Part shown: piece after piece, positions 20,672-30,409 of the stretch | Numbering within the stretch: the stretch's first letter is position 1 | Layout of the letters: each line of letters starts with the position of its first letter | Assembly (NCBI GenBank): GCA_023397505.1 | Contig: JAEWUC010000001.1 | Span: 55,519-119,518, forward strand | Reading direction: 5' to 3' | Source: Bacteroidota bacterium | GTDB lineage: Bacteria; Bacteroidota; Ignavibacteria; Ignavibacteriales; Melioribacteraceae | DNA: 64,000 bases | Notes under the pieces: model-generated | What the model was told of the DNA's origin: nothing | The model's input: the letters and a program-made list of their open reading frames with translations, nothing else | Databases searched by the model: none | Made by a program: the position numbers and the translations under genes

Positions 20672-23600
20672 ATGAGATATTTAAATAGATTCTTTTATCT
20701 ATTGATTTTACTTTCTCTTATCATTTTCCAACCTAATGCTGGCTTTGCAAAAGGTGATAAGAATGCTAAGGGAAATAGTTTACAAAAAGTCAACGGAGCA
20801 CCGTTGGCAACATGGTTTACTATAAACAATGTTGCTACAATATTAAGAAACGACGGTATGTCCGACCTTAACGGTAACGATTCGGGTTTTGAATATCCGA
20901 ACGGAAGCAACAAAACAGTATTTTTTGAATCCGGCTTTTTATACGGCGGTTTATATAAAGGCGAATGGAGAGTCGGCGGTTCAACTTATAATCATAGCCA
21001 AGTTGGCGGAAGAATTCTTGATGACGGCAGCGCTGAAGATCCTGGATTGCCTCATGTAAGAATATACAGAGTAAGACGTGATTATAAAGATCCTGATGCT
21101 GATTTCTCAAAAGAAATGAATAAAGACGGGTTATCAAAAGCAGAAATTATTGATCAGTATAAAACAGACTGGGATAATTGGCCAGCTCAATATGGCGCAC
21201 CTTTCGAAGATACTGACGGTAACGGTGTGTATAATCCTGCTTTGGATATACCGGGCGTTCCGGGCGCAGATCAAACGATTTGGTTTGTTAATAACGATTT
21301 AGATCCAAGTGCAAACCAGCAATTCTACGGCACTCTCGGTCTTGGTTTCGAAATGCAAGCTACAATCTGGGGTTATAATACCACAGGCGCTCTTGGTAAC
21401 GCAATGTTCCGCCGTTACACAATTGTAAATAAAGGCGGCGAAAATGTTGATAGTATGTATGTTTGTATGTGGAGCGATCCTGATCTCGGCGACGCAAGCG
21501 ACGATTTTACAGGATGCGATACTACATTAAGCTTAGGCTTTATTTATAACGGCGACAATGATGACGGACAATACGGCGCTAATCCTCCGGCAGGTGGATT
21601 TGACTTCTTCCAAGGTCCGATTGTTGAAGGCGAACCAACAGATCATGCTATCTTTAAAGGACAAATTCTTCAAGGATATAAAAATTTACCGATGTCGGCT
21701 TACTTTTTCTTTATAAACAGCGATAACGTTTATACCGACCCGGCTTTAAATCAACCGATTGGTGCTACACAAATGAGAAATCTTTTCGAAGGAAAGATTT
21801 CAACAACAGGTGTACCTTTTCAAGATCCTTTAACCGGTGTTGCTACTAAATTTACACTTGCCGGCGACCCGATTACAAGTAGAGGTTGGATTGATGGAAT
21901 ACTACACTCACCGGGCGACAGACGTCTTGGTATGGTTGCCGGTCCATTCAATTTTGCAGCAGGCGATACGCAAGAAGTTGTAGTTGGTCAGTTTGTTGCC
22001 GGTGCTACAGAAGGCATCGACCGCCTTGGCGCTGTTGGTTTATTAAAATTCTACGATCTTGAATTACAACAAGCTTACGATAACTTCTTCAGTGTTCCCC
22101 CGACAGTTAGAGCACCTGTTGTTACTGCAGTTGCGTCAGATCAAAAAGTTTCTTTGGTTTGGGGCGATAGAGAAGATATTTATACTCAGACTGAAGGTTA
22201 TGATAATCTCGGTTATCAGTTCGAAGGTTATTGTGTTTATCAATTACCAAGTGCGACAGCTACTCTTGAACAAGCTAAACTTGTTGAAACATTCGACATT
22301 GTAAATCTTTACCAAAGGATTGAAAGTACAGTATTCGATCCCGGTACAAGTACAATTACAAAGAAATTCACAAAATTTGGTACTGATAGCGGTATTAAGA
22401 GATCAATAGTTATTGAAAAAGACGCTATGAGAAACGGCCAACCGATTGTAAACGGTACAGAGTATTATTTTGCTGTTACAGCTTATGTTTATAATCCAGA
22501 TCCAGAAGCTGTACCAAACGTAATTGAAACTCCTTTGACTGTATTTACAATAGTTCCTCAAGGACCTAATCCAGGTGTTAGCATTGGATTATCAGGCGAA
22601 GAATTGGATGTAAATCATACTGGATTGAGTGATGGTGTTGTTGAAGCTATTGTAGTTGATCCAAGCAAAACAACAGGTCATAATTATAAAGTTAATTTTA
22701 AACTTGATGAAAATACCGGCGAATATTTGTGGGATTTGATTGATGTAACCGCAGGCAACAAAGTTGTTTTAGGTGATCAAGTTCAAACTGAGGCCTACAC
22801 TACTAGAATTGTTGATGGTTTACAATTAAGAGTATATGGACCTCCGGTTGGTATTAATAACTACTCATTTACGCCATCTGCAGCTAGATGGTTTACTGGC
22901 GTTAACTGGGGCGGTTCATCATTTTTTGGTGGTTTGGACATTGGTCCTTATTTCTTTGGAAGTAGTGTTTCTGCAGATCAATATGTTACAGTCGAAGTAA
23001 GATTTAAAACTACTGCTACTGGTCAGAAAGCATACCGTTATGTTCGCGGCGCAACACCAAGTTATGGCTATCAAGATTACATGCCTCAGCATTTTGAAGT
23101 TTGGGATGTTACATCACAACCAAACCGTCAATTAGCCGCCGGATATGTTGAGCAGAACGGTTCAGAAGCAGCAAATTCATTGTGGCAGCCCACAGCAAGT
23201 AATGCTGACCGTGAATATTTATTTATATTTAATACTCCTTATACACCGGAACCAGATCCGTTCTATACAAGTCCTGATAGGAATTTCTCGGCAAATGCAG
23301 ATGAATTTCCAACTCTTTATGCATTGTGGCCATTACAACGCGGTACAATGCCGTTTAATCCACAGGATGGACAGGTCTTTAAGATTACTCCTAACTTTGC
23401 AAACAGTGGTGGAGATACATTCACATTTACATCTCCGGCTGTTACTTACAACGCAGATCAGGCAGCCACGGATATTGAAAAGATCAATGCTTTCCCGAAT
23501 CCGTATTACGGAGTAAATCCAAGAGAAGTTAATAAATATCAAAAGTACATTACATTCAGCCATCTTCCGCAAAAAGCTACAATTCGTATATTCAACTTAG

Positions 23601-23791
23601 CGGGACAGTTGGTTAATTCTATTGATAAAGATGATGTTAGTCCTTTTGCAAAATGGAATCTATCTAACGATGCCAATATTCCTGTAGCAAGCGGTTTATA
23701 TATTGTGCATGTAGATATGCCTGAAATAGGCGCAACTAAGATTCTAAAAGTTGCGATCATTCAAGAACAACAAATCCTTGATAGATTCTAA
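20672..23791 (+). CDS. 1039-aa secreted protein of unknown function with T9SS type-A C-terminal sorting domain
   Basis: Signal peptide without a lipobox Cys. Body is rich in D/G/N/P/W with no motif I can assign. The last ~95 aa (INAFPNPYYG...ATIRIFNLAGQLV......ASGLYIVHV......KVAII) fit the Por secretion tail pattern. Confidence 0.7.
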   Translation: MRYLNRFFYLLILLSLIIFQPNAGFAKGDKNAKGNSLQKVNGAPLATWFTINNVATILRNDGMSDLNGNDSGFEYPNGSNKTVFFESGFLYGGLYKGEWRVGGSTYNHSQVGGRILDDGSAEDPGLPHVRIYRVRRDYKDPDADFSKEMNKDGLSKAEIIDQYKTDWDNWPAQYGAPFEDTDGNGVYNPALDIPGVPGADQTIWFVNNDLDPSANQQFYGTLGLGFEMQATIWGYNTTGALGNAMFRRYTIVNKGGENVDSMYVCMWSDPDLGDASDDFTGCDTTLSLGFIYNGDNDDGQYGANPPAGGFDFFQGPIVEGEPTDHAIFKGQILQGYKNLPMSAYFFFINSDNVYTDPALNQPIGATQMRNLFEGKISTTGVPFQDPLTGVATKFTLAGDPITSRGWIDGILHSPGDRRLGMVAGPFNFAAGDTQEVVVGQFVAGATEGIDRLGAVGLLKFYDLELQQAYDNFFSVPPTVRAPVVTAVASDQKVSLVWGDREDIYTQTEGYDNLGYQFEGYCVYQLPSATATLEQAKLVETFDIVNLYQRIESTVFDPGTSTITKKFTKFGTDSGIKRSIVIEKDAMRNGQPIVNGTEYYFAVTAYVYNPDPEAVPNVIETPLTVFTIVPQGPNPGVSIGLSGEELDVNHTGLSDGVVEAIVVDPSKTTGHNYKVNFKLDENTGEYLWDLIDVTAGNKVVLGDQVQTEAYTTRIVDGLQLRVYGPPVGINNYSFTPSAARWFTGVNWGGSSFFGGLDIGPYFFGSSVSADQYVTVEVRFKTTATGQKAYRYVRGATPSYGYQDYMPQHFEVWDVTSQPNRQLAAGYVEQNGSEAANSLWQPTASNADREYLFIFNTPYTPEPDPFYTSPDRNFSANADEFPTLYALWPLQRGTMPFNPQDGQVFKITPNFANSGGDTFTFTSPAVTYNADQAATDIEKINAFPNPYYGVNPREVNKYQKYITFSHLPQKATIRIFNLAGQLVNSIDKDDVSPFAKWNLSNDANIPVASGLYIVHVDMPEIGATKILKVAIIQEQQILDRF

Positions 23792-23813
23792 AAATTAAAA
23801 GGAGACTAAAAAA

Positions 23814-24845
23814 ATGAAGAAGATAAAATTAATTAGTTTATTACTCGTATTGGCGATTGTTGCCTCTAGCGTAGTTTACGCGGGGGGGGGTAATCGTAAC
23901 GGTACTGCCGGTGCAACAGAGTTGCTTATACCGGTAGGCGCACGGGGCATCGCGATGTCCGGTGCAACATTAACCGGCGCTAAAGGTGTGGAAGCCATTT
24001 ATTGGAATCCCGCTAACTTAGCCCGCACAGATTACAGCACAACAGTTATGTTTTCACAAATGTCGTATATAGCCGATATCGGTGTAAGTTATGCCGCAAT
24101 CGGTACAAACATTGAAGGTCTTGGTGCTCTTGGTTTCAGTATTAAAGCTTTATCTATGGATGAAATTGCAATTACAACCGTAGATAAACCTGACGGAACC
24201 GGACAATTCTTCACACCTCAATTTGTAACTCTTGGTTTAACATATTCAAGATTACTCAGCGATAGAATTTCCGTTGGTGTTACAATGAATTATGTTACCG
24301 AAAAATTGGATTTGGTTAGCGCAAGCGGTATAGCATTCAACATCGGCGTTGCTTATAAAAACCTCGGCAACATCGACGGTTTGAGCTTTGCTCTTGCTAT
24401 TAAAAACCTTGGTCCTCAAATGAGTTACGATGGTTCTGCATTGTATGTAAAAGCAGAATCACCTGATCTTGAAAGAACTTCTCAATTGTACAAAATAGAT
24501 GTTGCAGCTTTCGAGTTGCCTTCTACTTTGGAACTTGGCGTAGGTTATGAATTCAACATCAACGAAAGCAACAGTTTGAGTATGAATACTGTTTTCCAAA
24601 ACAGTAACTTCTATGCCGATGAATATAAAATCGGTGCAGAATATTCATACGATAATACTTTCTTTGGAAGAATCGGTTATTCGATGCTCGACGGAATCGA
24701 AACAGCAGACCAAGTTTACGGTTTGACATTCGGCGCCGGCATCAATTACAACCTCGGCAGTTCAACAGTTAAGATCGATTACGCATTCAGAGAAGCAAAA
24801 TTCTTCGATAGCAACCACATTTTTGCGATCTCGTTCGGATTTTAG
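23814..24845 (+). CDS. PorV/PorQ-family (FadL-like) outer-membrane beta-barrel
   Basis: Signal peptide. GATELLIPVGARGIAMSGA......AIYWNPANLA N-terminal signature typical of PorV/PorQ proteins. Alternating beta-strand pattern and terminal ...HIFAISFGF aromatic C-terminus. Confidence 0.6.
   Translation: MKKIKLISLLLVLAIVASSVVYAGGGNRNGTAGATELLIPVGARGIAMSGATLTGAKGVEAIYWNPANLARTDYSTTVMFSQMSYIADIGVSYAAIGTNIEGLGALGFSIKALSMDEIAITTVDKPDGTGQFFTPQFVTLGLTYSRLLSDRISVGVTMNYVTEKLDLVSASGIAFNIGVAYKNLGNIDGLSFALAIKNLGPQMSYDGSALYVKAESPDLERTSQLYKIDVAAFELPSTLELGVGYEFNINESNSLSMNTVFQNSNFYADEYKIGAEYSYDNTFFGRIGYSMLDGIETADQVYGLTFGAGINYNLGSSTVKIDYAFREAKFFDSNHIFAISFGF
23882..23890 (+). repeat. homopolymeric G9 tract inside the 5' end of the PorV-like CDS
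   Basis: gcg ggg ggg ggt encodes AGGG directly after the signal peptide. This is the only long G/C homopolymer I noticed in the AT-rich window. Confidence 0.95.
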
Positions 24846-24869
24846 TACTGTATTTTAGTACTATTTTTA

Positions 24870-24911
24870 AAGAAGCCCTCTATATTTTAGAGGGCTTCTT
24901 ATTTTATTTTT
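24870..24911 (+). terminator. Rho-independent terminator after the PorV-like gene
   Basis: Perfect 12-bp stem aagaagccctct / agagggcttctt with a 7-nt loop, followed by attttattttt. Confidence 0.85.
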
Positions 24912-24952
24912 GTACTGATTAATTTTTACAAACAATCTTTTTGGAAAATGAA

Positions 24953-25837
24953 ATGACGAGATTTTTACTTTTCTTCTTTTTATTAAACGGTGCAATATTT
25001 AGCCAACCTATTAAAAAATTAGATTACTTCTCCCGTCAAAATTTTACTCACGAAGATTTTGAATTAAATAAAATTAAAACCCTAAAAATAGAAAACAGGA
25101 AAAGATTTTCTGCTTATTACACAAAAGATCATAAATTGCCCGAAAAGAAGACTCTTGTAGAAGAAATAAAATTTAAAAACGGTGTGCCTACAGAAAAAAT
25201 ATTTTACAACTCCTATGGCGGTGTGAAAAACCGAGTTGAATATAAATACGACAAAAAGAACAATCTTATTAGCGAAGAAGCATATAACGAATATGGAAAT
25301 ATTACATCAAGAAGAGAGATAAAATATAATAATCAAAACGACACAAGTGAAGTAGTGACTACTTATAACAGGCGGAGCAAAAATGAAAAAAAACAATTTT
25401 TGTACGACGATCAAAACAGGCTAATTACAATTAAACATTTTGATCAGAACGATAAAATATTCATGAATCAAAATTTTATTTATGAAAAAGGACATCTGAA
25501 ATTTCTAAGCATAACGAATGCCGATGATGTAAAGGTAAACGAATCGGAATTTTTTTATAATGAAGCCGGCAATCTAATAGCCGAAAAACAAAACGGACTT
25601 GAAAAAAAGTATATTTATGATGAAAAAAACAGACTAATTAAGGTTGAGTTCGGGAACGAACTGCGTGTTTACAAATATAACAACCGTGATTATTTTGAAG
25701 ACGATAGATTCTTTATTAACAATAAAAGACAATACAGATTAACTTTTACATATACAAATACCGGTTTGGTGGATGAAGTAATAAGATATGACTCCGAGGA
25801 CATAAAAGTTTTCTATTCAAAATATACATACAAGTAA
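24953..25837 (+). CDS. secreted YD/RHS-repeat-like protein
   Basis: Signal peptide MTRFLLFFFLLNGAIFSQ. Recurring Y.YD..N.LI motifs (YKYDKKNNLISEE, FLYDDQNRLITIK, YIYDEKNRLIKVE, FFYNEAGNLIAEK). ATG 24953 preferred over TTG 24941. Confidence 0.5.
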   Translation: MTRFLLFFFLLNGAIFSQPIKKLDYFSRQNFTHEDFELNKIKTLKIENRKRFSAYYTKDHKLPEKKTLVEEIKFKNGVPTEKIFYNSYGGVKNRVEYKYDKKNNLISEEAYNEYGNITSRREIKYNNQNDTSEVVTTYNRRSKNEKKQFLYDDQNRLITIKHFDQNDKIFMNQNFIYEKGHLKFLSITNADDVKVNESEFFYNEAGNLIAEKQNGLEKKYIYDEKNRLIKVEFGNELRVYKYNNRDYFEDDRFFINNKRQYRLTFTYTNTGLVDEVIRYDSEDIKVFYSKYTYK

Positions 25838-25863
25838 AATTTGATTATAACGGAGATTTAGAA

Positions 25864-27249
25864 ATGAGAAAGAGTTGCTTTCTGTTTGTAGCTGCATTAA
25901 TTATATCAGCCGATATTGTTACTGCTCAAACCGAACTAAATTTTGAATTTGATTATGCGAGATTTAGGTATGATACTAGTTCGGTTTACCTTGAGTTTTA
26001 CTACAACCTTAATTCAAAGAATATGAAGGTTGTTGAACAGCAAAATAATAAAATGACCGAAGCAATTGTTCATATTGAAATGAAAGATTTAGTTGCCGAC
26101 AGTTTCTTTATTAATAAAGATTGGAAAATTCAGAATTTGATTATCGAAAATGATTCAACTATGATAGTGCAAAATCTTTCGGGAGTTTTGGGATTTACGG
26201 TTCCTGCAGGCAATTATTCACTGAATATTAAAGCGTATGATGCTAATAATGTTGAATTAGCTAAATCAATAAAAGAGAATATTCAAATAATTCCATTCGA
26301 TAATAACTATGCAATTTCCGATATCCAATTGGCTAGCAATATTAAAAACCTTGATACAGATCCTAATTCTATTTTTTATAAAAACACTTTCGAAGTTATT
26401 CCTAATCCTTCAATGCTGTATTCAGATCAAGCGCCGGCGGCATTTTATTATGCGGAACTTTATAATTTAACAAGCGGCGACAGCGGTAACGGATTCACAC
26501 TTCAAAAATTATTATTCAACAGTGCCGGTAATAACGTATATAAAAGCGAAAAAACTATAAAGAAATCAGCAAGTTCTATTGTAGAAGTTGGAGTAATTAA
26601 TCTTTTAAAATACCCTACAGATTCTTACAATCTCGTTCTAAGTCTGGTTGAAAACAAAACAAATAAAGCTTATGTATCTTCAAAGAGATTCTATCATTAT
26701 AATCCTGGTATTGTAGATACTTCTTTAGTAAAATCCTTAAACGCAGGAATGCTTGGAAGTTCATTCGCAATAATGACAATTGAAGAATGCGATAAAATGT
26801 TTAACCAAAGCAAATATATAGCAACGCAAAATGAAATTGATAGGTACAAAGCAATTGATTCTCTCGATGCTAAAAGAACATTCTTAATGAATTTTTGGAA
26901 GAGTAGAGATACTGAGCCGTCAACGCCGCAAAATGAATTTCAGCAGGACTATATGAGAAGGGTTGAATTTGCTAATACTAATTTCAGACATGCACAAAAT
27001 GAAGGTTATATAACGGATAGAGGCCGTGTATATTTGATATACGGCGAACCCGATCAAAAAGATTATTACCCTAATGAATCCGACATGAAACCTTATGAAG
27101 TTTGGTTTTACAATAATATTGAAGGCGGAGTTGCGTTTTACTTTGGCGATGTTACAGGTTTTGGAAAATATGAATTACTGCACTCTACCAAAAGAGGCGA
27201 ATTTAAAGATGAAAACTGGATGTATAGAATCAGCGCAAGCAAGCAATGA
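25864..27249 (+). CDS. GWxTD domain-containing protein
   Basis: Signal peptide. C-terminal EGYITDRGRVYLIYGEPDQKD.......KPYEVWFY matches the GWxTD domain core (here GYITD). Confidence 0.7.
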   Translation: MRKSCFLFVAALIISADIVTAQTELNFEFDYARFRYDTSSVYLEFYYNLNSKNMKVVEQQNNKMTEAIVHIEMKDLVADSFFINKDWKIQNLIIENDSTMIVQNLSGVLGFTVPAGNYSLNIKAYDANNVELAKSIKENIQIIPFDNNYAISDIQLASNIKNLDTDPNSIFYKNTFEVIPNPSMLYSDQAPAAFYYAELYNLTSGDSGNGFTLQKLLFNSAGNNVYKSEKTIKKSASSIVEVGVINLLKYPTDSYNLVLSLVENKTNKAYVSSKRFYHYNPGIVDTSLVKSLNAGMLGSSFAIMTIEECDKMFNQSKYIATQNEIDRYKAIDSLDAKRTFLMNFWKSRDTEPSTPQNEFQQDYMRRVEFANTNFRHAQNEGYITDRGRVYLIYGEPDQKDYYPNESDMKPYEVWFYNNIEGGVAFYFGDVTGFGKYELLHSTKRGEFKDENWMYRISASKQ

Positions 27250-28121
27250 TAGATAAAAACAAAATTGAGTTTTTTTTATTCCGGTCCGCTCAAAAAATTT
27301 TCGGTTTCATCGGCATTAATACTACAAGGCGTATCGCGGTTCTTGTCGGTACGCTGTTTTTTTATCTGATTCCAATAAGAAAAAAGACAACTATTGAAAA
27401 TCTTTCAAAAGCCTTTCCGGATTTATCCATTAGTAAAATAAAAGAACTTGCAAAGAAAAATTATCAGAATGTAACAATCACTTTTTTGGAACTAATGTGT
27501 ATGCAGTCCATTTCTTCGGCTCAAATTAAAAGCGAGGTTGAATTCGATAAACCCGAACTGCTTCATCATTTAATTGATGAACCAAACGGATTGATTGTTT
27601 TTACAGGTCATTTCGGGAATTGGGAATTTTTAATGACCGCAATCGCTTTGAATATAAAAACACATTTTAATGTTTTAATGCGACCCCAGCGTAATTGCTA
27701 CATTAATAAATGGCTTAAGAAAACTAGGGCCCGTTTTGGCACGAGGGTTATTGAAGCCGGGGTTAGTGTAAAGGAGTTATTTAAGGCATTGGTAAACAAA
27801 GAAGCTGTTGGAATTGCAGGCGATCAAAGAGGACATTTTGATAATCCGAGGTTTAATTTTTTTAATCAACCGACAGCATTATATACCGGAACAGCATCAA
27901 TTGCATTGAGGACTAAAAGCAACATATTATTGACAGCATTGGTTCGGCAAAAGGATTTTAAATTCATGTGTTATCTTGAACAACTAAGTTTTGAAAATCT
28001 GCCTGACGATGAAGAAGCGAAGATAAAGGAAATTACACAGCGTTATATTTCTTTCATTGAGAAATACGTACGGCAGTATCCCGAACAATATTTTTGGATG
28101 CACAAACTCTGGAAGTATTAA
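27246..28121 (+). CDS. lipid A biosynthesis (Kdo)2-lipid IVA acyltransferase family protein (LpxL/HtrB-like)
   Basis: N-terminal TM helix, HFGNWE catalytic motif, AGDQRG and C-terminal YPEQYFWMHKLWK. ATGA overlap with the upstream gene. Confidence 0.8.
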   Translation: MIDKNKIEFFLFRSAQKIFGFIGINTTRRIAVLVGTLFFYLIPIRKKTTIENLSKAFPDLSISKIKELAKKNYQNVTITFLELMCMQSISSAQIKSEVEFDKPELLHHLIDEPNGLIVFTGHFGNWEFLMTAIALNIKTHFNVLMRPQRNCYINKWLKKTRARFGTRVIEAGVSVKELFKALVNKEAVGIAGDQRGHFDNPRFNFFNQPTALYTGTASIALRTKSNILLTALVRQKDFKFMCYLEQLSFENLPDDEEAKIKEITQRYISFIEKYVRQYPEQYFWMHKLWKY

Positions 28122-29140
28122 TGAGCGTACAAAAATTTCTTATTATACAAACAGCTTTCCTAGGCGACGCTATACTTACACTGCCGATGATTCAAGTACT
28201 GTCAAAAAAAAATCCTAATTCCCAAATTGATGTTGTATCAATACCTTCGACGAAAGAAATTTTTGAAGCATCACCCTATGTTAATAAAGTATTAGTTCTA
28301 GATAAACGAGGAAAACATAAATCATTAATTAATCTGTACAACTTTGTTTCCCTAATAAAAAATGAAAATTATACAAGAATATACTCTCCGCATAGATCGT
28401 TCAGAACTTCCCTTATTGTATTATTAAGCAGGGTAAAAGAAACCTACGGTTTTGATACTTCGGCACTAAGTTTTGTTTATAAAAAGAAAATTAAATATGA
28501 ATCCTATTTGCATGAAGTTGAAAGGAATCTTAAGCTTATCGGGTTAATAAATGAAAGGGATAATTGGAAAATCAAGCCCGTGATTAATATACACGATTCC
28601 ATTGTTAAAAAGATTGATGAATTATTGAATAAAATTACAGGAAGAAGAATAATAGCCATTGCACCGGGCTCGGTTTGGAATACAAAAAAATATCCAACAG
28701 CGTATTTTGAAAAAGTGGTTGATTACCTCATAGCCAAAAATTTCTATGTAGTTTTGATTGGCGGCAGTGATGATAAAATATTGTGCAGATCAATATCACA
28801 GAAATATACAAATAGCATTCAATCGTTTGCCGGAAATTTGAATATAATTGAATCGATAGAATTAATTAAACGATGCTCACTCATATTATGTAACGATAGT
28901 GCACCAACACATTTGGGAATGATTGCTGATATTCCAACGCTTACAATTTATTGTTCTACAATACCTCAATTTGGTTTTTATCCTTATAATAAAAAAAGTG
29001 ACTATCTTTCATTCAACGAGCTAAATTGTAAGCCGTGCGGTATTCACGGACATGATAAATGTCCGATTAATACATTCGATTGCGGTTATAAACTCATGCC
29101 GGAAATGGTGATAGAGAAAATCGCAAAATTACTTGATTAA
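28121..29140 (+). CDS. family 9 glycosyltransferase (LPS heptosyltransferase-like)
   Basis: KFLIIQTAFLGDAILTLPMIQ, IAIAPGSVWNTKKYP and LCNDSAPTHLG motifs. TAATG overlap with the upstream stop. Confidence 0.85.
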   Translation: MSVQKFLIIQTAFLGDAILTLPMIQVLSKKNPNSQIDVVSIPSTKEIFEASPYVNKVLVLDKRGKHKSLINLYNFVSLIKNENYTRIYSPHRSFRTSLIVLLSRVKETYGFDTSALSFVYKKKIKYESYLHEVERNLKLIGLINERDNWKIKPVINIHDSIVKKIDELLNKITGRRIIAIAPGSVWNTKKYPTAYFEKVVDYLIAKNFYVVLIGGSDDKILCRSISQKYTNSIQSFAGNLNIIESIELIKRCSLILCNDSAPTHLGMIADIPTLTIYCSTIPQFGFYPYNKKSDYLSFNELNCKPCGIHGHDKCPINTFDCGYKLMPEMVIEKIAKLLD

Positions 29141-29189
29141 GAAAAAATAAGAGTAAATTCATATATTTAAACGACACATAGGAATTATT

Positions 29190-30029
29190 ATGAATCGTTT
29201 TGATTGGAAAAAATTTAGAAATACCCAGATTTACATTACACCCGACTTGCCCGAAAAAGCAACAAAAAGATATAAATTTAGTCTTTTGCGAATTATTGGG
29301 TATGGATTAATCTATACTTTTTTTTCATGGATGATTTTAATATTGATTTTAGGGATTACACCTTTAAAAGATTTTCTTTTTGTTCTTGATGAAAAAGAAT
29401 TTAAAGTACAAGCGGAGAAAGTTGCCGAGCTTCAGGAAAAAGTTTCATTTCTTACAAATCGGTTACAAGAAGTTGCATCTACAAATGAAAAAATGAGATA
29501 TGCTATGCAACTTGCCGAACAAGATAGTTCTGAAAGAAAAGAATCAATTTACGATACATTAAAAAAACCAATTAACAGAAAAATTAAAATTGGCGGGAAT
29601 GTTTTTGAAGCTTTCAAATTATTCTTTCAAAAATATTTTCCGGACACAACAAGAAATTATAACTTATTTTTCCAGCCCCCTGTTAACGGAATTGTCACTC
29701 AGCAATTCAACCAGGAAAAAGGGCACTTTGGTATTGATTACGGATCAAAAATTGGTACGCCGGTTTATTCTACAGCAGGCGGTTTAATTGTATTTGCAGA
29801 GTATACTATCGAAAACGGCAATACGATAATTATTGAACACGATATGGATTTTATTTCGATATATCAGCACTGTGCTACATTAATAAAGCGAACACGGGAT
29901 TTTGTAAAACAAGGCGAGTTAATAGCGCTAAGTGGAAATTCGGGAAAAAATACTACCGGTCCTCATCTGCATTTTGAATTATGGAAAAACGGAAAACCGG
30001 TTGACCCGGAAAAATTTATAATCAAGTAA
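29190..30029 (+). CDS. M23 (LytM-type) peptidoglycan metalloendopeptidase, membrane-anchored with coiled coil
   Basis: TM helix, coiled-coil segment, then GHFGIDYG...GTPVYSTAGG, IIIEHD, SIYQHC and GNSGKNTTGPHLHFE motifs. Confidence 0.9.
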   Translation: MNRFDWKKFRNTQIYITPDLPEKATKRYKFSLLRIIGYGLIYTFFSWMILILILGITPLKDFLFVLDEKEFKVQAEKVAELQEKVSFLTNRLQEVASTNEKMRYAMQLAEQDSSERKESIYDTLKKPINRKIKIGGNVFEAFKLFFQKYFPDTTRNYNLFFQPPVNGIVTQQFNQEKGHFGIDYGSKIGTPVYSTAGGLIVFAEYTIENGNTIIIEHDMDFISIYQHCATLIKRTRDFVKQGELIALSGNSGKNTTGPHLHFELWKNGKPVDPEKFIIK

Positions 30030-30040
30030 GGAGATATTTA

Positions 30041-30409
30041 ATGGCTGCTAAAAAAGATTCACACTCGGAAGATGTTAGTATAATCAGCGGGGGCGTTAAA
30101 CTCGAAGGCAATTTATTTAGCGAGGGAAATGTAAGGATTGATGGTACTGTTGTTGGAAACGTATCTGTAAACGGAAGTTTGACTGTTGGTGAAAATGCCC
30201 ACATGCAAGGTGAAATTAAAGCAAGCAGTATAACCATGGGCGGGAAAATTGAAGGCAAAGTTATTGCTTCGGAAATTTTAAGACTCGAATCAAAATCTGT
30301 TTTAAAAGGTGATTTAATAACCCGTAAATTAATAATTGAAGAAGGTGCAGTTTTTGAGGGCAACAGCAAAATGAATTTAAGCAGCAGTTCAACAGTAAAA
30401 AATGAATGA
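30041..30409 (+). CDS. bactofilin (polymer-forming cytoskeletal protein)
   Basis: Continuous beta-helix repeats ..G.V.I.G.V.G.V.... (KLEGNLFSEGNVRIDGTVVGNVSVNGSLTVGENAHMQGEIKASSITMGGKIEGKV...). 122 aa. Confidence 0.9.
   Translation: MAAKKDSHSEDVSIISGGVKLEGNLFSEGNVRIDGTVVGNVSVNGSLTVGENAHMQGEIKASSITMGGKIEGKVIASEILRLESKSVLKGDLITRKLIIEEGAVFEGNSKMNLSSSSTVKNE

Noticed and set aside
23145-23516. 123-aa alternative-frame ORF inside the 1039-aa gene
   Set aside because: It is on the same strand but out of frame within a long uninterrupted CDS, and it has Leu/Arg/Gln-rich odd composition. There is no evidence of frameshifting signals.
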